Source: SAR86 cluster bacterium
GTDB taxonomy: Bacteria > Pseudomonadota > Gammaproteobacteria > Magnimaribacterales > D2472
Reading direction: 5' to 3'
Length of the DNA: 64,000 bases
NCBI GenBank assembly: GCA_003331645.1
Contig: QOPI01000002.1
Span: 10,512 to 74,511 of the forward strand
Part shown: positions 1 through 11,019 of the stretch, piece by piece
Layout of the letters: each line of letters opens with the position of its first letter
How positions within the stretch are numbered: the first letter of the stretch is position 1
Made by a program: the position numbers and the translations under genes
The notes under the pieces: model-generated
Seen by the model: only the letters and a program-made list of their open reading frames with translations
What the model was told of the DNA's origin: nothing
Databases searched by the model: none

Positions 1-2
1 AG

Positions 3-35
3 ACTAAGCCTGTAACTATAAACATCAAAGAATGA
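3..35 (+). CDS. 3' end of a CDS entering from the window edge, probably ftsL
   Basis: Frame 3 is open from the edge (TKPVTINIKE*). Its TGA (33-35) overlaps the ftsI ATG (32-34) as ATGA, the coupling style seen throughout this window. ftsL normally precedes ftsI. Only 10 codons are visible, so identity cannot be verified. Confidence 0.3.
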   Translation, partial: TKPVTINIKE

Positions 36-1660
36 AGAAATTAAATTATTTTAATTGGAGATTTTTATTAATAATTATTTTTTTAATTATTGCAGTTTTA
101 GCAATTTTTATAAGGGTAATTTATTTACAGGTTGATAAAGAAAATTTTTTAAAAGATTGGGGCCAAAATCAGCATATTGCATTTAGAACATCTGCTCCAG
201 TAAGAGGAACTATATATGATAGAAACAATGTGCCTCTTGCTATCACGCTGACACATTATGATTTGTATGCACTAAGAAATATGAAAGAAGAGGATTTTAT
301 AGCTCTTCAAGAAATACTTGATTTTGAAAAATCATTTAACCAATTTAATTTAAATAATAAAAAAACTATTCTTCATAGAGATCTATCATCAGAATTAATA
401 TCAAAAATAGAAAAATCTTCAATAACTAACTATGAAATTGAAATTAGATATTCAAGACATTACCCTCTCGGAGATCAAATCGCACCTCTTGTAGGATTTT
501 CAGGTAAGGATAATTTTGGTTTAGAAGGGATTGAAAAAAGTTATAACTCATTTTTATCAGGCAAGGAGGGAAAAGAAAAATTTTATAGAAATAGAAAAGG
601 TCAAATAATATCTAAGGCAATTATTATTGATGCAAAAGAGCCTGGAAAAGATCTTTATTTGACAATTGATAGCAATATTCAGTTCTTTACATATAAAAAA
701 TTAGCTGAATCTATAAAAAGAAGTAAAGCAAAATCTGGTTCAGCTATTGTTCTTGATAACAATACTGGGGAGATACTAGCAATGGCGAGTTATCCCTCAT
801 ATAACCCTAATAATCCATACAGAAAGATCCAAAAAAATAGAGCATTATTGGACGCTTATGAGCCTGGTTCTGTTTTAAAGCCTATCACTATAGCATCTGC
901 TATTGATAAAGGGTTTATAGATATAGAAGATCCTATTGATACTTCTCCAGGCTATATGTCATTAAATAATTACTCTATTTCAGATGTAAAAAATCATGGA
1001 TTATTAAAGTCATATGAAATTATTACAAAATCTAGTCAAGTTGGCGCTTCTATGATTGCATTAATGTTAGGATCAGAAAATATCATTAATAATTATAAAA
1101 AATTTGGTTTTAGCAAACCTATCAATATTAATTTTCCATCTTCTGCTTTTGGAGAAATCAATAATAGATCAAATATGTCAGATATAGAGATAGCAAACTT
1201 AGGTTTTGGATATGGCATTAATGCAAGTCCATTTCAAATAGCTTCAGCCTATTCAGTATTTGCAAATGAAGGAATATTTAAAGAATTTTCTCTCATTAAA
1301 AATGATGAATATAAATATGAAGAGCAAATAATTTCAAAAGATACAGCTGAAAAAATTTTATTTGCATTAAAAGATGTTGTGGAAAATGGTTCTGGTTTTA
1401 GAGCAAAAGTAAAAGGTTATAAGGTAGGAGGAAAAACTGGAACAGCTCATAAAAGTTCAAAGAGTGGAGGTTATGCAAAAAGTATATATACCGCGTCATT
1501 TGCTGGAATAGCACCAATTGATAAGAAAGATCTAACTATTTTTGTTTCAATATATGAGCCTGGTTTAAATGAGTATAAGGGAGGCGAAATAGCAGCTCCT
1601 TTATTTGCAGAAATTGCTAGAGACACACTAAATTATTTAGGTTATTTTGAGGATGAGTAA
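32..1660 (+). CDS. ftsI: Peptidoglycan D,D-transpeptidase FtsI (PBP3)
   Basis: 542 aa. N-terminal membrane anchor, transpeptidase motifs SxxK (GSVLKP) and KTG (GGKTGTA). Heads the canonical mur/fts gene order. Confidence 0.93.
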   Translation: MKKLNYFNWRFLLIIIFLIIAVLAIFIRVIYLQVDKENFLKDWGQNQHIAFRTSAPVRGTIYDRNNVPLAITLTHYDLYALRNMKEEDFIALQEILDFEKSFNQFNLNNKKTILHRDLSSELISKIEKSSITNYEIEIRYSRHYPLGDQIAPLVGFSGKDNFGLEGIEKSYNSFLSGKEGKEKFYRNRKGQIISKAIIIDAKEPGKDLYLTIDSNIQFFTYKKLAESIKRSKAKSGSAIVLDNNTGEILAMASYPSYNPNNPYRKIQKNRALLDAYEPGSVLKPITIASAIDKGFIDIEDPIDTSPGYMSLNNYSISDVKNHGLLKSYEIITKSSQVGASMIALMLGSENIINNYKKFGFSKPININFPSSAFGEINNRSNMSDIEIANLGFGYGINASPFQIASAYSVFANEGIFKEFSLIKNDEYKYEEQIISKDTAEKILFALKDVVENGSGFRAKVKGYKVGGKTGTAHKSSKSGGYAKSIYTASFAGIAPIDKKDLTIFVSIYEPGLNEYKGGEIAAPLFAEIARDTLNYLGYFEDE

Positions 1661-3107
1661 GTTAGAAGAAATTTTGGGCATCACTTTTCCACATGGTGTA
1701 AAAATTTCTCATGCAACAAATTCATCCAAAGAAGTAAAAAAGGGCTCTATTTTTTTTGGTTTACCTGGAACAAAAGAACATGGCAGTAATTATATTCACG
1801 AAGCTTTAAAAAAAGGAGCATCAATAGCAATTCATAATAATGTAAGTTTCCAAGATAAATCTAAAAACATTTTTTATGTCAAAGATCTACAGGATGCTGT
1901 TGAAGGTTCAAAGAGCAAAATATACTTTTTTTTAAAAGAATTGTATCAAATGCCTGTAGATTTTATGCCCAAATTTTATGGTTTTACTGGTACAAATGGT
2001 AAATCTTCTTCAGCTTTTTTATGCCACCAACTTTTTAGAAGAAAAAAATCTAATTCTCTATATATTGGCACATTAGGATTTCAATATAATGATAGAGAAT
2101 TTAATTGCTCCTTATCATCAAAGACCACACCAGATATTTTTGAATTATTTCAGATTCTTTCTTTATGTAATTTTAATATTGAGAATATTTCAATAGAAAT
2201 ATCTTCTCATGCTTTAGACCAAGATCGCTTAAAGGATATAAGATTATTTTATGCTGCAATCTTAAACATTGAAGAGGATCATCTCGACTATCATAAAGAT
2301 ATTGATACATATGCTAATGCAAAATTCAAGATCTTAAATATGACTGATGGGAAGATTGCAATTGACGATCAAATAATAGAAAAATACAAAGGTTTACTTA
2401 GTTACGATAAAAACTCATCAAGATTGGTGACGATAGGTCAAGATAATGCTTTAAGTGATGTATCCTTTAATATTATTAACTCAAGCTTAAAGAAAACTGA
2501 ATTTACAATAACATCTGATGATACCTTGGAGTATTCTAGTTCTATTTTTCCAGAATTTAATATCAATAATCTTATATTTGCAATATACCCATTTTTAAAA
2601 GGCACCTTATTTACTTCAAAGAAAATTAATGATTTATCATATTTAATCCTTCCTAAAGGAAGGGCAGAGGTTATTTCTAATATTAATGCCAATATTATTA
2701 TTGACTATGCTCATAATCCTAAAGCTATAAAATATTTTCTTACATCAGTAAATTATTATTTTGATAATCTAGTTGTTGTTTTAGGTTGTGGGGGTGATAG
2801 GGACAAATCCAAAAGATCTGCAATGCTTAAAGCTGCAATAGAGAATAGCTATAAAGTAATATTTACTTCAGATAATTCAAGAAACGAACCTTTTCAAAAC
2901 ATTTTTTTTGATGCTTGCAAGGGAAATGATATAGAGAAAGTTGTAAATATTGAAGATAGAAAAAAAGCAATTATTTATGGAACAAGATTAATAAGTCATA
3001 ATGATTGCTTAGTGATATTAGGAAAAGGCCACGAAAAAACACAAGAAACTAATGGAAAGTATACAAAGTTTAGTGATCATGAGGTAGTTAATGAAATTTA
3101 TAAGTAA
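1647..3107 (+). CDS. murE: UDP-N-acetylmuramoyl-L-alanyl-D-glutamate--2,6-diaminopimelate ligase
   Basis: 486 aa. Mur-ligase P-loop GFTGTNGKSS, EEDHLDYH, C-terminal TSDNSRNE (DNPR-like motif). Lies between ftsI and murF and overlaps ftsI by 14 nt. Confidence 0.92.
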   Translation: MRMSKLEEILGITFPHGVKISHATNSSKEVKKGSIFFGLPGTKEHGSNYIHEALKKGASIAIHNNVSFQDKSKNIFYVKDLQDAVEGSKSKIYFFLKELYQMPVDFMPKFYGFTGTNGKSSSAFLCHQLFRRKKSNSLYIGTLGFQYNDREFNCSLSSKTTPDIFELFQILSLCNFNIENISIEISSHALDQDRLKDIRLFYAAILNIEEDHLDYHKDIDTYANAKFKILNMTDGKIAIDDQIIEKYKGLLSYDKNSSRLVTIGQDNALSDVSFNIINSSLKKTEFTITSDDTLEYSSSIFPEFNINNLIFAIYPFLKGTLFTSKKINDLSYLILPKGRAEVISNINANIIIDYAHNPKAIKYFLTSVNYYFDNLVVVLGCGGDRDKSKRSAMLKAAIENSYKVIFTSDNSRNEPFQNIFFDACKGNDIEKVVNIEDRKKAIIYGTRLISHNDCLVILGKGHEKTQETNGKYTKFSDHEVVNEIYK

Positions 3108-4431
3108 TTCAAATGACTTATCAAGATTTCTTGAAATTCCTATAGCCAAGAATATACCATTAAGAAGCATTTCTCTTGATTCAAGAACTATAAAAAAGGG
3201 TGCTTTATTCTTTGCAATTAAAGGTAAAAACTTTAATGGAAATCATTTTGTTGATATAGCTTTTAATAAAGGAGCATCGATTATTATTGCTGATGATAAG
3301 AAGTTTTTAAAAACAAAAAATAATAGAATCATCTATGTTAAAAATACTATCCAAGCATTAAAGAAAATATCGGAAAATATAATTAAATCATATGATGGTA
3401 AAACTATTGCTATTACTGGAAGTAGCGGAAAAACTTCAACTACAAACATTGTTGCAAGCACTTTAAAATCTAGCTCTCAAACATTAAAAAATTTTAATAA
3501 TGAAATTGGCATGCCCATAAGCTTAATGAATGCATCCAAGAAATCAAAAAATATTGTTTTAGAAATAGGAGCTTCAAAACTAAAAGACATTCATTATTTA
3601 AGTAACATTATCAAACCTCATATTGGAGTAATAACAAATATAGGCAAATCCCACTTAGAGATGTTAAAAAATATAGAAGGGGTATTAAAAGCTAAATCAG
3701 AACTAGTATCTAATATTAAAAGGAATGGTTATCTTGTTGTTCCTAATGAAAATATGAAAAATCTAAACTTTTGGAAAAATATTAGGAGCGACATTCAAAT
3801 CATAACTTTCGGAATGGATAAGAGCGCTGATTTTTACCCAAAAAAAATTAAATTCAATAAAAATAAGATGAATTTCTATATAGCTTCAACTTATATGAAG
3901 GAGGACTTAAAGATTACAACTTCTCTAAATGGAGAGCATAATATAAAAAATATTTTGACGAGCTTTGCAGTTAATTATTGTCTTGGAAATACAAATAATT
4001 TTTTTATTAATGTATTGAAGAATGATGCTATTAAAGAGATGAGGCAAATTAAATCTAAGTGGTTAAGAGGATCTTTATTAATAGATGACACCTATAATGC
4101 AAATCCTGACTCTACAAGAAAATCAATTGATTTATTATCTATGTATAAAAAAAGGACCATATTAGTATTAGGAGATATGTTAGAACTAGGAAAGTATAAA
4201 AAGAAATACCATAAAGAGATTGGAGAATATGCAAAGAACAGAGGAATAAATATTTTGTTGGGCTTTGGAGATTTAACAAAAAATACTATTAATAGCTTTG
4301 GCAAGGGAGGCCTTTTTTTTAAACAAGAAGAAGACTTAAAAAGGTTTTTAAAAGAAAATGTTACTGCAAAAGATGTTATCTTAATTAAAGGTTCAAGAGG
4401 AATGACAATGGAAAGATTTATAAATGTTTGA
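3091..4431 (+). CDS. murF: UDP-N-acetylmuramoyl-tripeptide--D-alanyl-D-alanine ligase
   Basis: 446 aa. P-loop [21 protein letters not shown]. Canonical position after murE. Confidence 0.92.
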   Translation: MKFISNSNDLSRFLEIPIAKNIPLRSISLDSRTIKKGALFFAIKGKNFNGNHFVDIAFNKGASIIIADDKKFLKTKNNRIIYVKNTIQALKKISENIIKSYDGKTIAITGSSGKTSTTNIVASTLKSSSQTLKNFNNEIGMPISLMNASKKSKNIVLEIGASKLKDIHYLSNIIKPHIGVITNIGKSHLEMLKNIEGVLKAKSELVSNIKRNGYLVVPNENMKNLNFWKNIRSDIQIITFGMDKSADFYPKKIKFNKNKMNFYIASTYMKEDLKITTSLNGEHNIKNILTSFAVNYCLGNTNNFFINVLKNDAIKEMRQIKSKWLRGSLLIDDTYNANPDSTRKSIDLLSMYKKRTILVLGDMLELGKYKKKYHKEIGEYAKNRGINILLGFGDLTKNTINSFGKGGLFFKQEEDLKRFLKENVTAKDVILIKGSRGMTMERFINV

Positions 4432-5509
4432 GTATTTAGGAACAATTTTAGTAGATTATGATCCAGGTTTTGATGTACTTAGATATCTAACTGTAAGAAC
4501 TATTGGAGGGACGGTTACAGCATTACTTATCTCTATAGTGCTTGGTCCTTATGTCATAAATCTCCTTAAGAAATTTCAGTTTGAGCAACATGTCAGAATG
4601 CATGGCCCAAAAAGTCATTATAAGAAAACAGGCACACCTACAATGGGAGGCTTATTAATACTTTTATCATTGCTAATATCTACTTTGCTTTGGGCAGACC
4701 TTTCAAACAGGTATATATGGGTGGTTATCTTTGTAACTATAGCTTTTGGTTTTGTTGGTTTTTTAGATGATTATATTAAAGTTAAAGCTAAAAATTCAGA
4801 CGGCCTTTCAAGTAAGCAGAAAATTATTTTACAAACATTATTTGCATCTATTGCATCTGCATATTTATATTTTTCAGCAGAAACTTCTCCCGAAACTGCT
4901 TTTATAGTCCCTTTTTATAAAGATCTTTTAATTAGTATGAGTCCGTTTGCATTCATATTTGCCGCTACTTTTGTAGTGGTTGGATCTTCAAATGCAGTAA
5001 ATTTAACAGATGGCTTAGATGGCCTCGCTATTATGCCTACCATTTTAATAGCAGGAGCATTAGGGTTAATTGCTTATGGTATGGGAAATATAGTTATTGC
5101 AGAGTATTTATATTTACCCCATTTAGAAATATCTGGTGAATTAATTGTATTTTGTGGAGCTTTGATAGGTTCAGGTATAGGATTTCTTTGGTATAACACG
5201 TATCCAGCTCAAATATTTATGGGAGATGTAGGCTCATTAACCTTAGGAGCTGTTTTAGGAATAATTGCTGTGATATTGAGACATGAATTGGTATTTGCAA
5301 TTATGGCTGGTGTTTTTGTTATGGAAACATTAAGTGTAGCTATTCAGGTAATATCTTTTAAGTTAAGAGGCAAAAGAGTATTTTTAATGTCACCGATACA
5401 CCATCACTTTGAATTAAAGGGATGGGAAGAGCCAAAAATTATAGTAAGGTTTTGGATAATAACCATTATTCTAATACTTGTAGCTCTAGCTACTTTAAAA
5501 ATTAGGTAA
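4424..5509 (+). CDS. mraY: Phospho-N-acetylmuramoyl-pentapeptide transferase
   Basis: 361-aa polytopic membrane protein with MraY signatures [13 protein letters not shown] and [12 protein letters not shown]. Confidence 0.96.
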   Translation: MFEYLGTILVDYDPGFDVLRYLTVRTIGGTVTALLISIVLGPYVINLLKKFQFEQHVRMHGPKSHYKKTGTPTMGGLLILLSLLISTLLWADLSNRYIWVVIFVTIAFGFVGFLDDYIKVKAKNSDGLSSKQKIILQTLFASIASAYLYFSAETSPETAFIVPFYKDLLISMSPFAFIFAATFVVVGSSNAVNLTDGLDGLAIMPTILIAGALGLIAYGMGNIVIAEYLYLPHLEISGELIVFCGALIGSGIGFLWYNTYPAQIFMGDVGSLTLGAVLGIIAVILRHELVFAIMAGVFVMETLSVAIQVISFKLRGKRVFLMSPIHHHFELKGWEEPKIIVRFWIITIILILVALATLKIR

Positions 5510-5521
5510 ATATTAAATTAA

Positions 5522-6577
5522 GTGAAGTCTTTAATATACGGTTACGGAATTACCGGAAAATCATTTGAAAAGTATTTAATTAGAAATAATATTGAATATG
5601 ATATTTATGATGATGATAAATCTCTTTATATATCTGATCGTTTTACTAGTGAATTAAATCAAAACTGGGATGTAATTTACTATAGTCCAGGCATTACAAA
5701 AAAAAATATCCAAAAACTTAAATCTTTGAAATATAAATTCATTAAAACAGATATAGAGATATTCTGCTCAGAGAATTCTTCTATAAAAATTGGCGTTACG
5801 GGAACTAATAGGAAAAGCACAACCTGTTTCCATCTATTTCAATTATTAAGTAAAAAATTTAAAGTCAATTTAATTGGGAATATTGGCGAACCTGTCTTAA
5901 ATCATTTAAAAGATGGAGCAGATTATTCAATTATTGAATTATCAAGTCAACAATTAGATAAATTAGAATCAATAGAACTTGATTATGGAGTTTTATTAAA
6001 TATTGCTCCTGATCACATAGATTATCATGGGAGTTTTGAAGAATATAAGCAGGTTAAAAAAAGAATACTTGAAGCACAAAAATCTTCTTTTGAAAATGAT
6101 CCATTCGAACTATATAAATGGATTACTGGAGAGGAGGCAGAACCTATGGATTTATCTGATTTACCTTTCAGATTCCAAATGATTTCAAAATCAATTATCA
6201 ATGATTCAAAATCAACGAATATGCATTCCCTAGAATATGCAATTGAAAAGGCAAATAAATATTTTAAAAATTCTTCGTATCATTTGATAGTATGCGGCAA
6301 TCCAGAAAAAGAGGGTTATAGAAAGTTTTCAGCCAAGGGACCAAAAAATATTTTTATTATAGGAAAGCATGCATTAGATATAGACAAGTGTATAGATCAT
6401 CGAAATAAGTTTATCTTTAAAAACTTAAATGAGGCGCTATTAAAAATATCAAATGAAACTTCTCAAAATATATTGTTTTCACCAGGATTCCCAAGTGGAA
6501 ATGATTTTAAAAACTTTGAAGATAGAGGAATATTTTTCAATGAATCAGTAAAAAAGACACTTTCTAATGATATATAG
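5522..6577 (+). CDS. murD: UDP-N-acetylmuramoylalanine--D-glutamate ligase, unusually short form
   Basis: 351 aa, GTG start. GYGITGKS N-terminus, LNIAPDHIDYH, LPFRF...INDSKSTN and C-terminal SPGFPSGNDFKNFEDRG align with MurD by eye. The P-loop reads GVTGTNRKSTT. Position is mraY-murD-ftsW. Confidence 0.85.
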   Translation: MKSLIYGYGITGKSFEKYLIRNNIEYDIYDDDKSLYISDRFTSELNQNWDVIYYSPGITKKNIQKLKSLKYKFIKTDIEIFCSENSSIKIGVTGTNRKSTTCFHLFQLLSKKFKVNLIGNIGEPVLNHLKDGADYSIIELSSQQLDKLESIELDYGVLLNIAPDHIDYHGSFEEYKQVKKRILEAQKSSFENDPFELYKWITGEEAEPMDLSDLPFRFQMISKSIINDSKSTNMHSLEYAIEKANKYFKNSSYHLIVCGNPEKEGYRKFSAKGPKNIFIIGKHALDIDKCIDHRNKFIFKNLNEALLKISNETSQNILFSPGFPSGNDFKNFEDRGIFFNESVKKTLSNDI

Positions 6578-7667
6578 AAATAATCTTTTTTTAATCATCT
6601 CTTTAGTTGGCTTAATATGTCTTGGCCTAATAATGGTTACTTCATCAAGTATATATATTGCACAAAATATGACTGGAAATCCTTTTCACTTTGCGACAAG
6701 ACAAGCTCTATTTATTGGAGTTGGTATTTTTATTTTCACTATATTTCTCTTGGTTCCATCAACTTTATTAGAAAAAGCAGATTGGTTATTTTTGCTTATA
6801 AGCATAATTTTATTGGCAATATTATTTCTGCCAGGAATAGGTACTGAGGTTAATGGAAGTATAAGATGGATTCGAATAGGCCCAATAAATATTCAACCTG
6901 CTGAGATATGCAAATTTAGTATGATTTTATATACATCAGGCTATTGTGTTCGAAGAATGAATGAAATTAGTACATTAAGAGGTTTTGTAAAGCCTTTATT
7001 GTTGCTAGGGCTAGTTTCGTTTTTGATATTATCTCAACCTGACTTAGGTTCAACAGCGATTATATGTGCAGTTGTTGTAGCAATTTTATTTTTTGCAGGC
7101 ATATCTTTTTTTCAATTCTTTTTATTATTACTTCTCCTCGGAGCATTAGGCTTCATTGCTATTTACTTCACTCCATTTAGATTAACAAGAGTGATGTCAT
7201 TTATGGATCCATTTGAATCTCAGTTAGGTGCAGGTTGGCAACTTAGCAACTCTTTAATTGGAATAGGACAAGCTAACTGGATTGGATTAGGGCTTGGCAA
7301 CAGCTTCCAAAAAAATCTGTTTTTACCCGAAGCTCATACAGATTTTATTTTTGCAGTTTTGGTAGAAGAGTTAGGCATTCTCGGCGTATTCTTTTTGATA
7401 TCAATGTATTCTTTAATGATTTATTCTATTTTTTCTATTGCAATGCAATCTTTAATTTTAAAGAGATTCTTTCAAGGTTTTGTAACTTTTGGTATTGGTT
7501 TTTTAATTGCTGTTCAAGCAATATTTAATTTAGCAGTAAATATAGGTCTTCTTCCAACAAAAGGTTTAACATTACCATTTATAAGTTATGGAGGTACAAG
7601 CATGATTATTATGATGTCCTTCATCGCAATAGTGCTTAGAATTAATAATGAAAACAAATTTTACTAA
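6567..7667 (+). CDS. ftsW: SEDS-family peptidoglycan glycosyltransferase FtsW
   Basis: 366-aa multi-TM protein with PEAHTDFIFA and LPFISYGGTS motifs. Lies between murD and murG. Confidence 0.93.
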   Translation: MIYRNNLFLIISLVGLICLGLIMVTSSSIYIAQNMTGNPFHFATRQALFIGVGIFIFTIFLLVPSTLLEKADWLFLLISIILLAILFLPGIGTEVNGSIRWIRIGPINIQPAEICKFSMILYTSGYCVRRMNEISTLRGFVKPLLLLGLVSFLILSQPDLGSTAIICAVVVAILFFAGISFFQFFLLLLLLGALGFIAIYFTPFRLTRVMSFMDPFESQLGAGWQLSNSLIGIGQANWIGLGLGNSFQKNLFLPEAHTDFIFAVLVEELGILGVFFLISMYSLMIYSIFSIAMQSLILKRFFQGFVTFGIGFLIAVQAIFNLAVNIGLLPTKGLTLPFISYGGTSMIIMMSFIAIVLRINNENKFY

Positions 7668-7670
7668 CAA

Positions 7671-8711
7671 ATGAATGTTTTAATAGCAGCAGCCAAAACC
7701 GGCGGGCATGTGTATCCAGCAACTGAGGTCAGTAAAGAGTTTATAAATAATGGCCATAAAGCTATTTTTCTAGGCACCAATAATTTAATTGAAAGAAATG
7801 CCATAAAAGATATATCAGAAATTCAATATGAACATATTGGTATGAATGGTTATAGAGGAAATAGCATTCAGAGTAAAGTTTTAGTTTTACTAAGTCTTCC
7901 TATGAATGTTTTTAAAGTGCTTAAGATTTTGTGGAATAATAAAGTGGATTCAATAATTGTTTTTGGCGGTTTTATAAGCATCCCAGCAGCTATCGCTGGA
8001 TTGATACTTTTAAAACCTATATATGTTCATGAACAAAATACAGTATTAGGATCAGCGAATAAGATTGTTTCAAAATTTTCCAAAAAGATATTTCTAGGAA
8101 TGCCGTTGCATAAGAAGAATATAAAAAGATCGAAAGTTATAGGAAATCCTATTCGAAAATCATTTGTATCCAAGATACAAAATAGAACCGATGATCATGT
8201 AAGAATTTATATTACAGGAGGCAGTCAAGGAGCAAAATATCTTAATGACAATCTGCCACCTATATTCAATGATATCAATATTCCAATATCTATAAGACAT
8301 CAATGCGGAAAAGGTAAAAAACTAGAAGTAGAAAAGTTATACAAAAATTTTAAGGAAGTTGAGGTCAAAGAATTTTTTGATAATCCAGATTCTCAAATTG
8401 ATTGGGCTGATTTTATAATATCCAGAGCCGGCGCGCTTAGTTTATCTGAAATTATTTCAATGAAAAAAGGAACTTTAATGATACCCCTTCCAAATGCTGT
8501 CGATAATCATCAATTACTTAATGCAAGATATGTTGAAAAAGATGGAATTGGTTTGGTGCATGAGCAGGAGTATGGAATAGATATTTTAAAAAGTAGTATA
8601 AAAAATATAATTGAAACAAAAGAATATTTAATATGGCAACAAGCAGAATTTAAAACTAATCATATGGATGCAGCTCATAAAATATTTACTTCAGTTTTAG
8701 AGAACAATTAA
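7671..8711 (+). CDS. murG: Lipid II synthase MurG (UDP-GlcNAc transferase)
   Basis: 346 aa. N-terminal AAKTGGHVYPA and C-terminal RAGALSLSEI motifs typical of GT28 MurG. Confidence 0.93.
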   Translation: MNVLIAAAKTGGHVYPATEVSKEFINNGHKAIFLGTNNLIERNAIKDISEIQYEHIGMNGYRGNSIQSKVLVLLSLPMNVFKVLKILWNNKVDSIIVFGGFISIPAAIAGLILLKPIYVHEQNTVLGSANKIVSKFSKKIFLGMPLHKKNIKRSKVIGNPIRKSFVSKIQNRTDDHVRIYITGGSQGAKYLNDNLPPIFNDINIPISIRHQCGKGKKLEVEKLYKNFKEVEVKEFFDNPDSQIDWADFIISRAGALSLSEIISMKKGTLMIPLPNAVDNHQLLNARYVEKDGIGLVHEQEYGIDILKSSIKNIIETKEYLIWQQAEFKTNHMDAAHKIFTSVLENN

Positions 8712-8713
8712 TT

Positions 8714-10105
8714 ATGAATCCATTAAAGAAGATCAAACATATTCATTTTGTTGGGATTGGAGGCTCAGGGATGATTGGAATAGCATATCTGCTGTTAAGA
8801 AAAGGTTATAAGATTAGTGGATCAGATATTCAAAAATCTAAATCATTAACTAACTTAAAAAAGCTTGGAGCTAAAGTTTTTTATTCACATAAAGAAAAAA
8901 ATGTTGGTAAAGCAGATCTGCTAGTGATGTCATCTGCAATAAGGAACTCAAATCCAGAATATAGATTTGCTAAAAGAAATGGCATTACTATTATTCCAAG
9001 AGCGCAAATGTTAGGAAGTCTGATGAGAGGTTATGAGAGTATTGCTGTAGCAGGCAGCCATGGAAAAACTACTACGACAAGCATGATTGCAAGTATTTTT
9101 AGTGAAGCACTTTTAAGCCCTACATATATTGTTGGAGGTAAAGTTCTTGGTATTGGTAAAAACTCTGAATTAGGAAGTGGAAATTACCTAATAGCAGAAG
9201 CTGATGAAAGCGATGGATCTTTCCTGCATCTTCATCCAGATGTTGGGGTTTTTACAAATATCGATAACGATCATTTAAGTTTCTTTGATAATGACATTGA
9301 GAAGCTGCTTAAATCTTTTCAAATGTTTGCAGAAAATATTCCTTTTTATGGTGCTCTAATAATCAATAAAGATGATAAGAATATTAAGAAGGTTGCAAAG
9401 AAAATCCCAAGAAGACAGATTTCATTTGGCTTTTCTTCAAGAAGTGATTACCAAATAAAAGACATATACTATAAAAACAAACATCAATATTTTCACTTAA
9501 TAGATCACTTTAAAAATAAAACTTACAAGTTCAGCCTGCCTTTAGCAGGAATACATAATGTTTATAATGCTGCTTCTGCAATTGCTGCAAGCTTTGAGGA
9601 GGGAGTAGCCCTTAAATATGTTCAAAGAGGCTTAAAAAATTTTACAGGCGTATCTAGAAGATTTGAAAAGCATAACTTAAAGATAGATAAGAAAGAAATT
9701 ACTTTAATAGATGATTATGGACATCATCCTGAAGAAATTAAGTCTACTATAAATGCAATTTATCAAGCATTCCCTAATAAAAAGATCTGCATGGTTTTTC
9801 AACCTCATCGATATACTAGAACTGCACAACTATATAATGATTTTATTGAAGTTTTATCTTTACCAGATTCACTATTTTTATTAGATATATATGAAGCTAG
9901 CGAAACTCCCATCAAAGGTATTTCTTCTAAGAAGCTCCTTGAAAGTATTAAGCAAAATGGAAAGTCAAATGCTTGTCATAGCTCTGATAAATCTATCATA
10001 AATGATATTAAAAGCTCTTCTAACGATTTTGATATTCTAGTAACTCAAGGAGCAGGTAGCGTTTCATTAATTTGTGCTGCTATAAAGACTAAATGGCAAA
10101 TATAA
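8714..10105 (+). CDS. murC: UDP-N-acetylmuramate--L-alanine ligase
   Basis: 463 aa. HFVGIGGSGM, P-loop AGSHGKTTTTSM, DDYGHHPEE. Confidence 0.95.
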   Translation: MNPLKKIKHIHFVGIGGSGMIGIAYLLLRKGYKISGSDIQKSKSLTNLKKLGAKVFYSHKEKNVGKADLLVMSSAIRNSNPEYRFAKRNGITIIPRAQMLGSLMRGYESIAVAGSHGKTTTTSMIASIFSEALLSPTYIVGGKVLGIGKNSELGSGNYLIAEADESDGSFLHLHPDVGVFTNIDNDHLSFFDNDIEKLLKSFQMFAENIPFYGALIINKDDKNIKKVAKKIPRRQISFGFSSRSDYQIKDIYYKNKHQYFHLIDHFKNKTYKFSLPLAGIHNVYNAASAIAASFEEGVALKYVQRGLKNFTGVSRRFEKHNLKIDKKEITLIDDYGHHPEEIKSTINAIYQAFPNKKICMVFQPHRYTRTAQLYNDFIEVLSLPDSLFLLDIYEASETPIKGISSKKLLESIKQNGKSNACHSSDKSIINDIKSSSNDFDILVTQGAGSVSLICAAIKTKWQI

Positions 10106-11019
10106 AACAAATTATAATTCTCTTTGGGGGATCATCATCTGAAAGAGAAGTCTCAATAAAAAGTGGAGAAGGTATTTTTCAAGCATGCCAAGATCTTGGA
10201 TACGATGCTAAATTAGTTGATCTAAATAATATATCTGATTTAGATTTTCTAAGAGAATTCGATATTGTTTTTATTGCACTTCATGGGTTTGAGGGTGAGT
10301 CTGGAACTCTTCAAAAAGACCTTGATGAAATGGGTATTTTATACACTGGTTCAAGTTATGATGCATGCAAGAACACTTGGAATAAAAGTAAATTTAAAAA
10401 TATTTTAGAATCTAAATCTATTCCAACACCAAGAGGCTTTTCAATAAAAAATTTGGATAAAGAAATACAATCGCCATTTAGTATTTTTAAAGAAAAATAT
10501 GGCGAGGAAATAAAAGAGCTATTCTTAAAACCCGAAGAAGATGGTTCGAGTATTGATATCTTCCAAATAAAATCTTTAGCAGATTTAAGTAAATCTGTTT
10601 TAAGTGCTAAAAACACTGACAGAGGTTTTCTTTTTGAGGAGTCTATTGATCATAGAGAGTTCACCGTTTCTATCTTGAATAATAAATGCTTGCCTATTTT
10701 GGAGATTAAAACTGAAAATAGTTTTTATGATTATGATGCAAAATATATTTCTAATTCAACTCAATTAACTGAGGCTGATTTTGAAAAAGATTTAAAGAAA
10801 GAGATAGAAGACTTATCACTGGAAGCTTTTAAAGCTTTAGGCTGCTCAGGATGGGGAAGAGTAGACCTTCTTCAAGATAAAGAGGGTAAATTTTATATTT
10901 TAGAAATTAATACTGTTCCAGGTATGACTAATCATAGCTGTGTTCCGAAATCGGCAGCACTAGCTGGTATTTCTTACAAAAAACTTGTTGATTTAATAAT
11001 TGAAGATGCATATTTATAA
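10093..11019 (+). CDS. ddl: D-alanine--D-alanine ligase
   Basis: 308-aa ATP-grasp protein. ILFGGSSSEREVS N-terminus, LEINTVPGMT. Position is murC-ddl-ftsQ. Confidence 0.94.
   Translation: MANIKQIIILFGGSSSEREVSIKSGEGIFQACQDLGYDAKLVDLNNISDLDFLREFDIVFIALHGFEGESGTLQKDLDEMGILYTGSSYDACKNTWNKSKFKNILESKSIPTPRGFSIKNLDKEIQSPFSIFKEKYGEEIKELFLKPEEDGSSIDIFQIKSLADLSKSVLSAKNTDRGFLFEESIDHREFTVSILNNKCLPILEIKTENSFYDYDAKYISNSTQLTEADFEKDLKKEIEDLSLEAFKALGCSGWGRVDLLQDKEGKFYILEINTVPGMTNHSCVPKSAALAGISYKKLVDLIIEDAYL

Noticed and set aside
4092-4445. 117-aa antisense ORF over the murF 3' end, and similar antisense ORFs at 2438-2692, 10356-10616, 13106-13408, 18741-19082, 19500-19682, 20098-20433, 20518-20796, 24032-24229, 25463-25663, 32266-32664, 35615-35806, 47921-48133, 48650-48841, 52362-52583, 53376-53660, 56967-57152, 58040-58258, 59624-59818 and 62937-63128
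   Set aside because: All are embedded opposite strongly supported housekeeping CDSs. They have Ser/Leu/Ile/Phe-biased composition and no recognisable domains, so I treat them as shadow ORFs.
6617-6847. Same-strand alternative-frame ORFs inside ftsW (6617-6847), across eno/ftsB (21270-21464), plus-strand ORFs opposite bcp (43075-43339), and the minus-strand ORF over the tolQ start (34745-35047)
   Set aside because: They overlap confidently assigned genes and show no domain signatures or independent translation signals.
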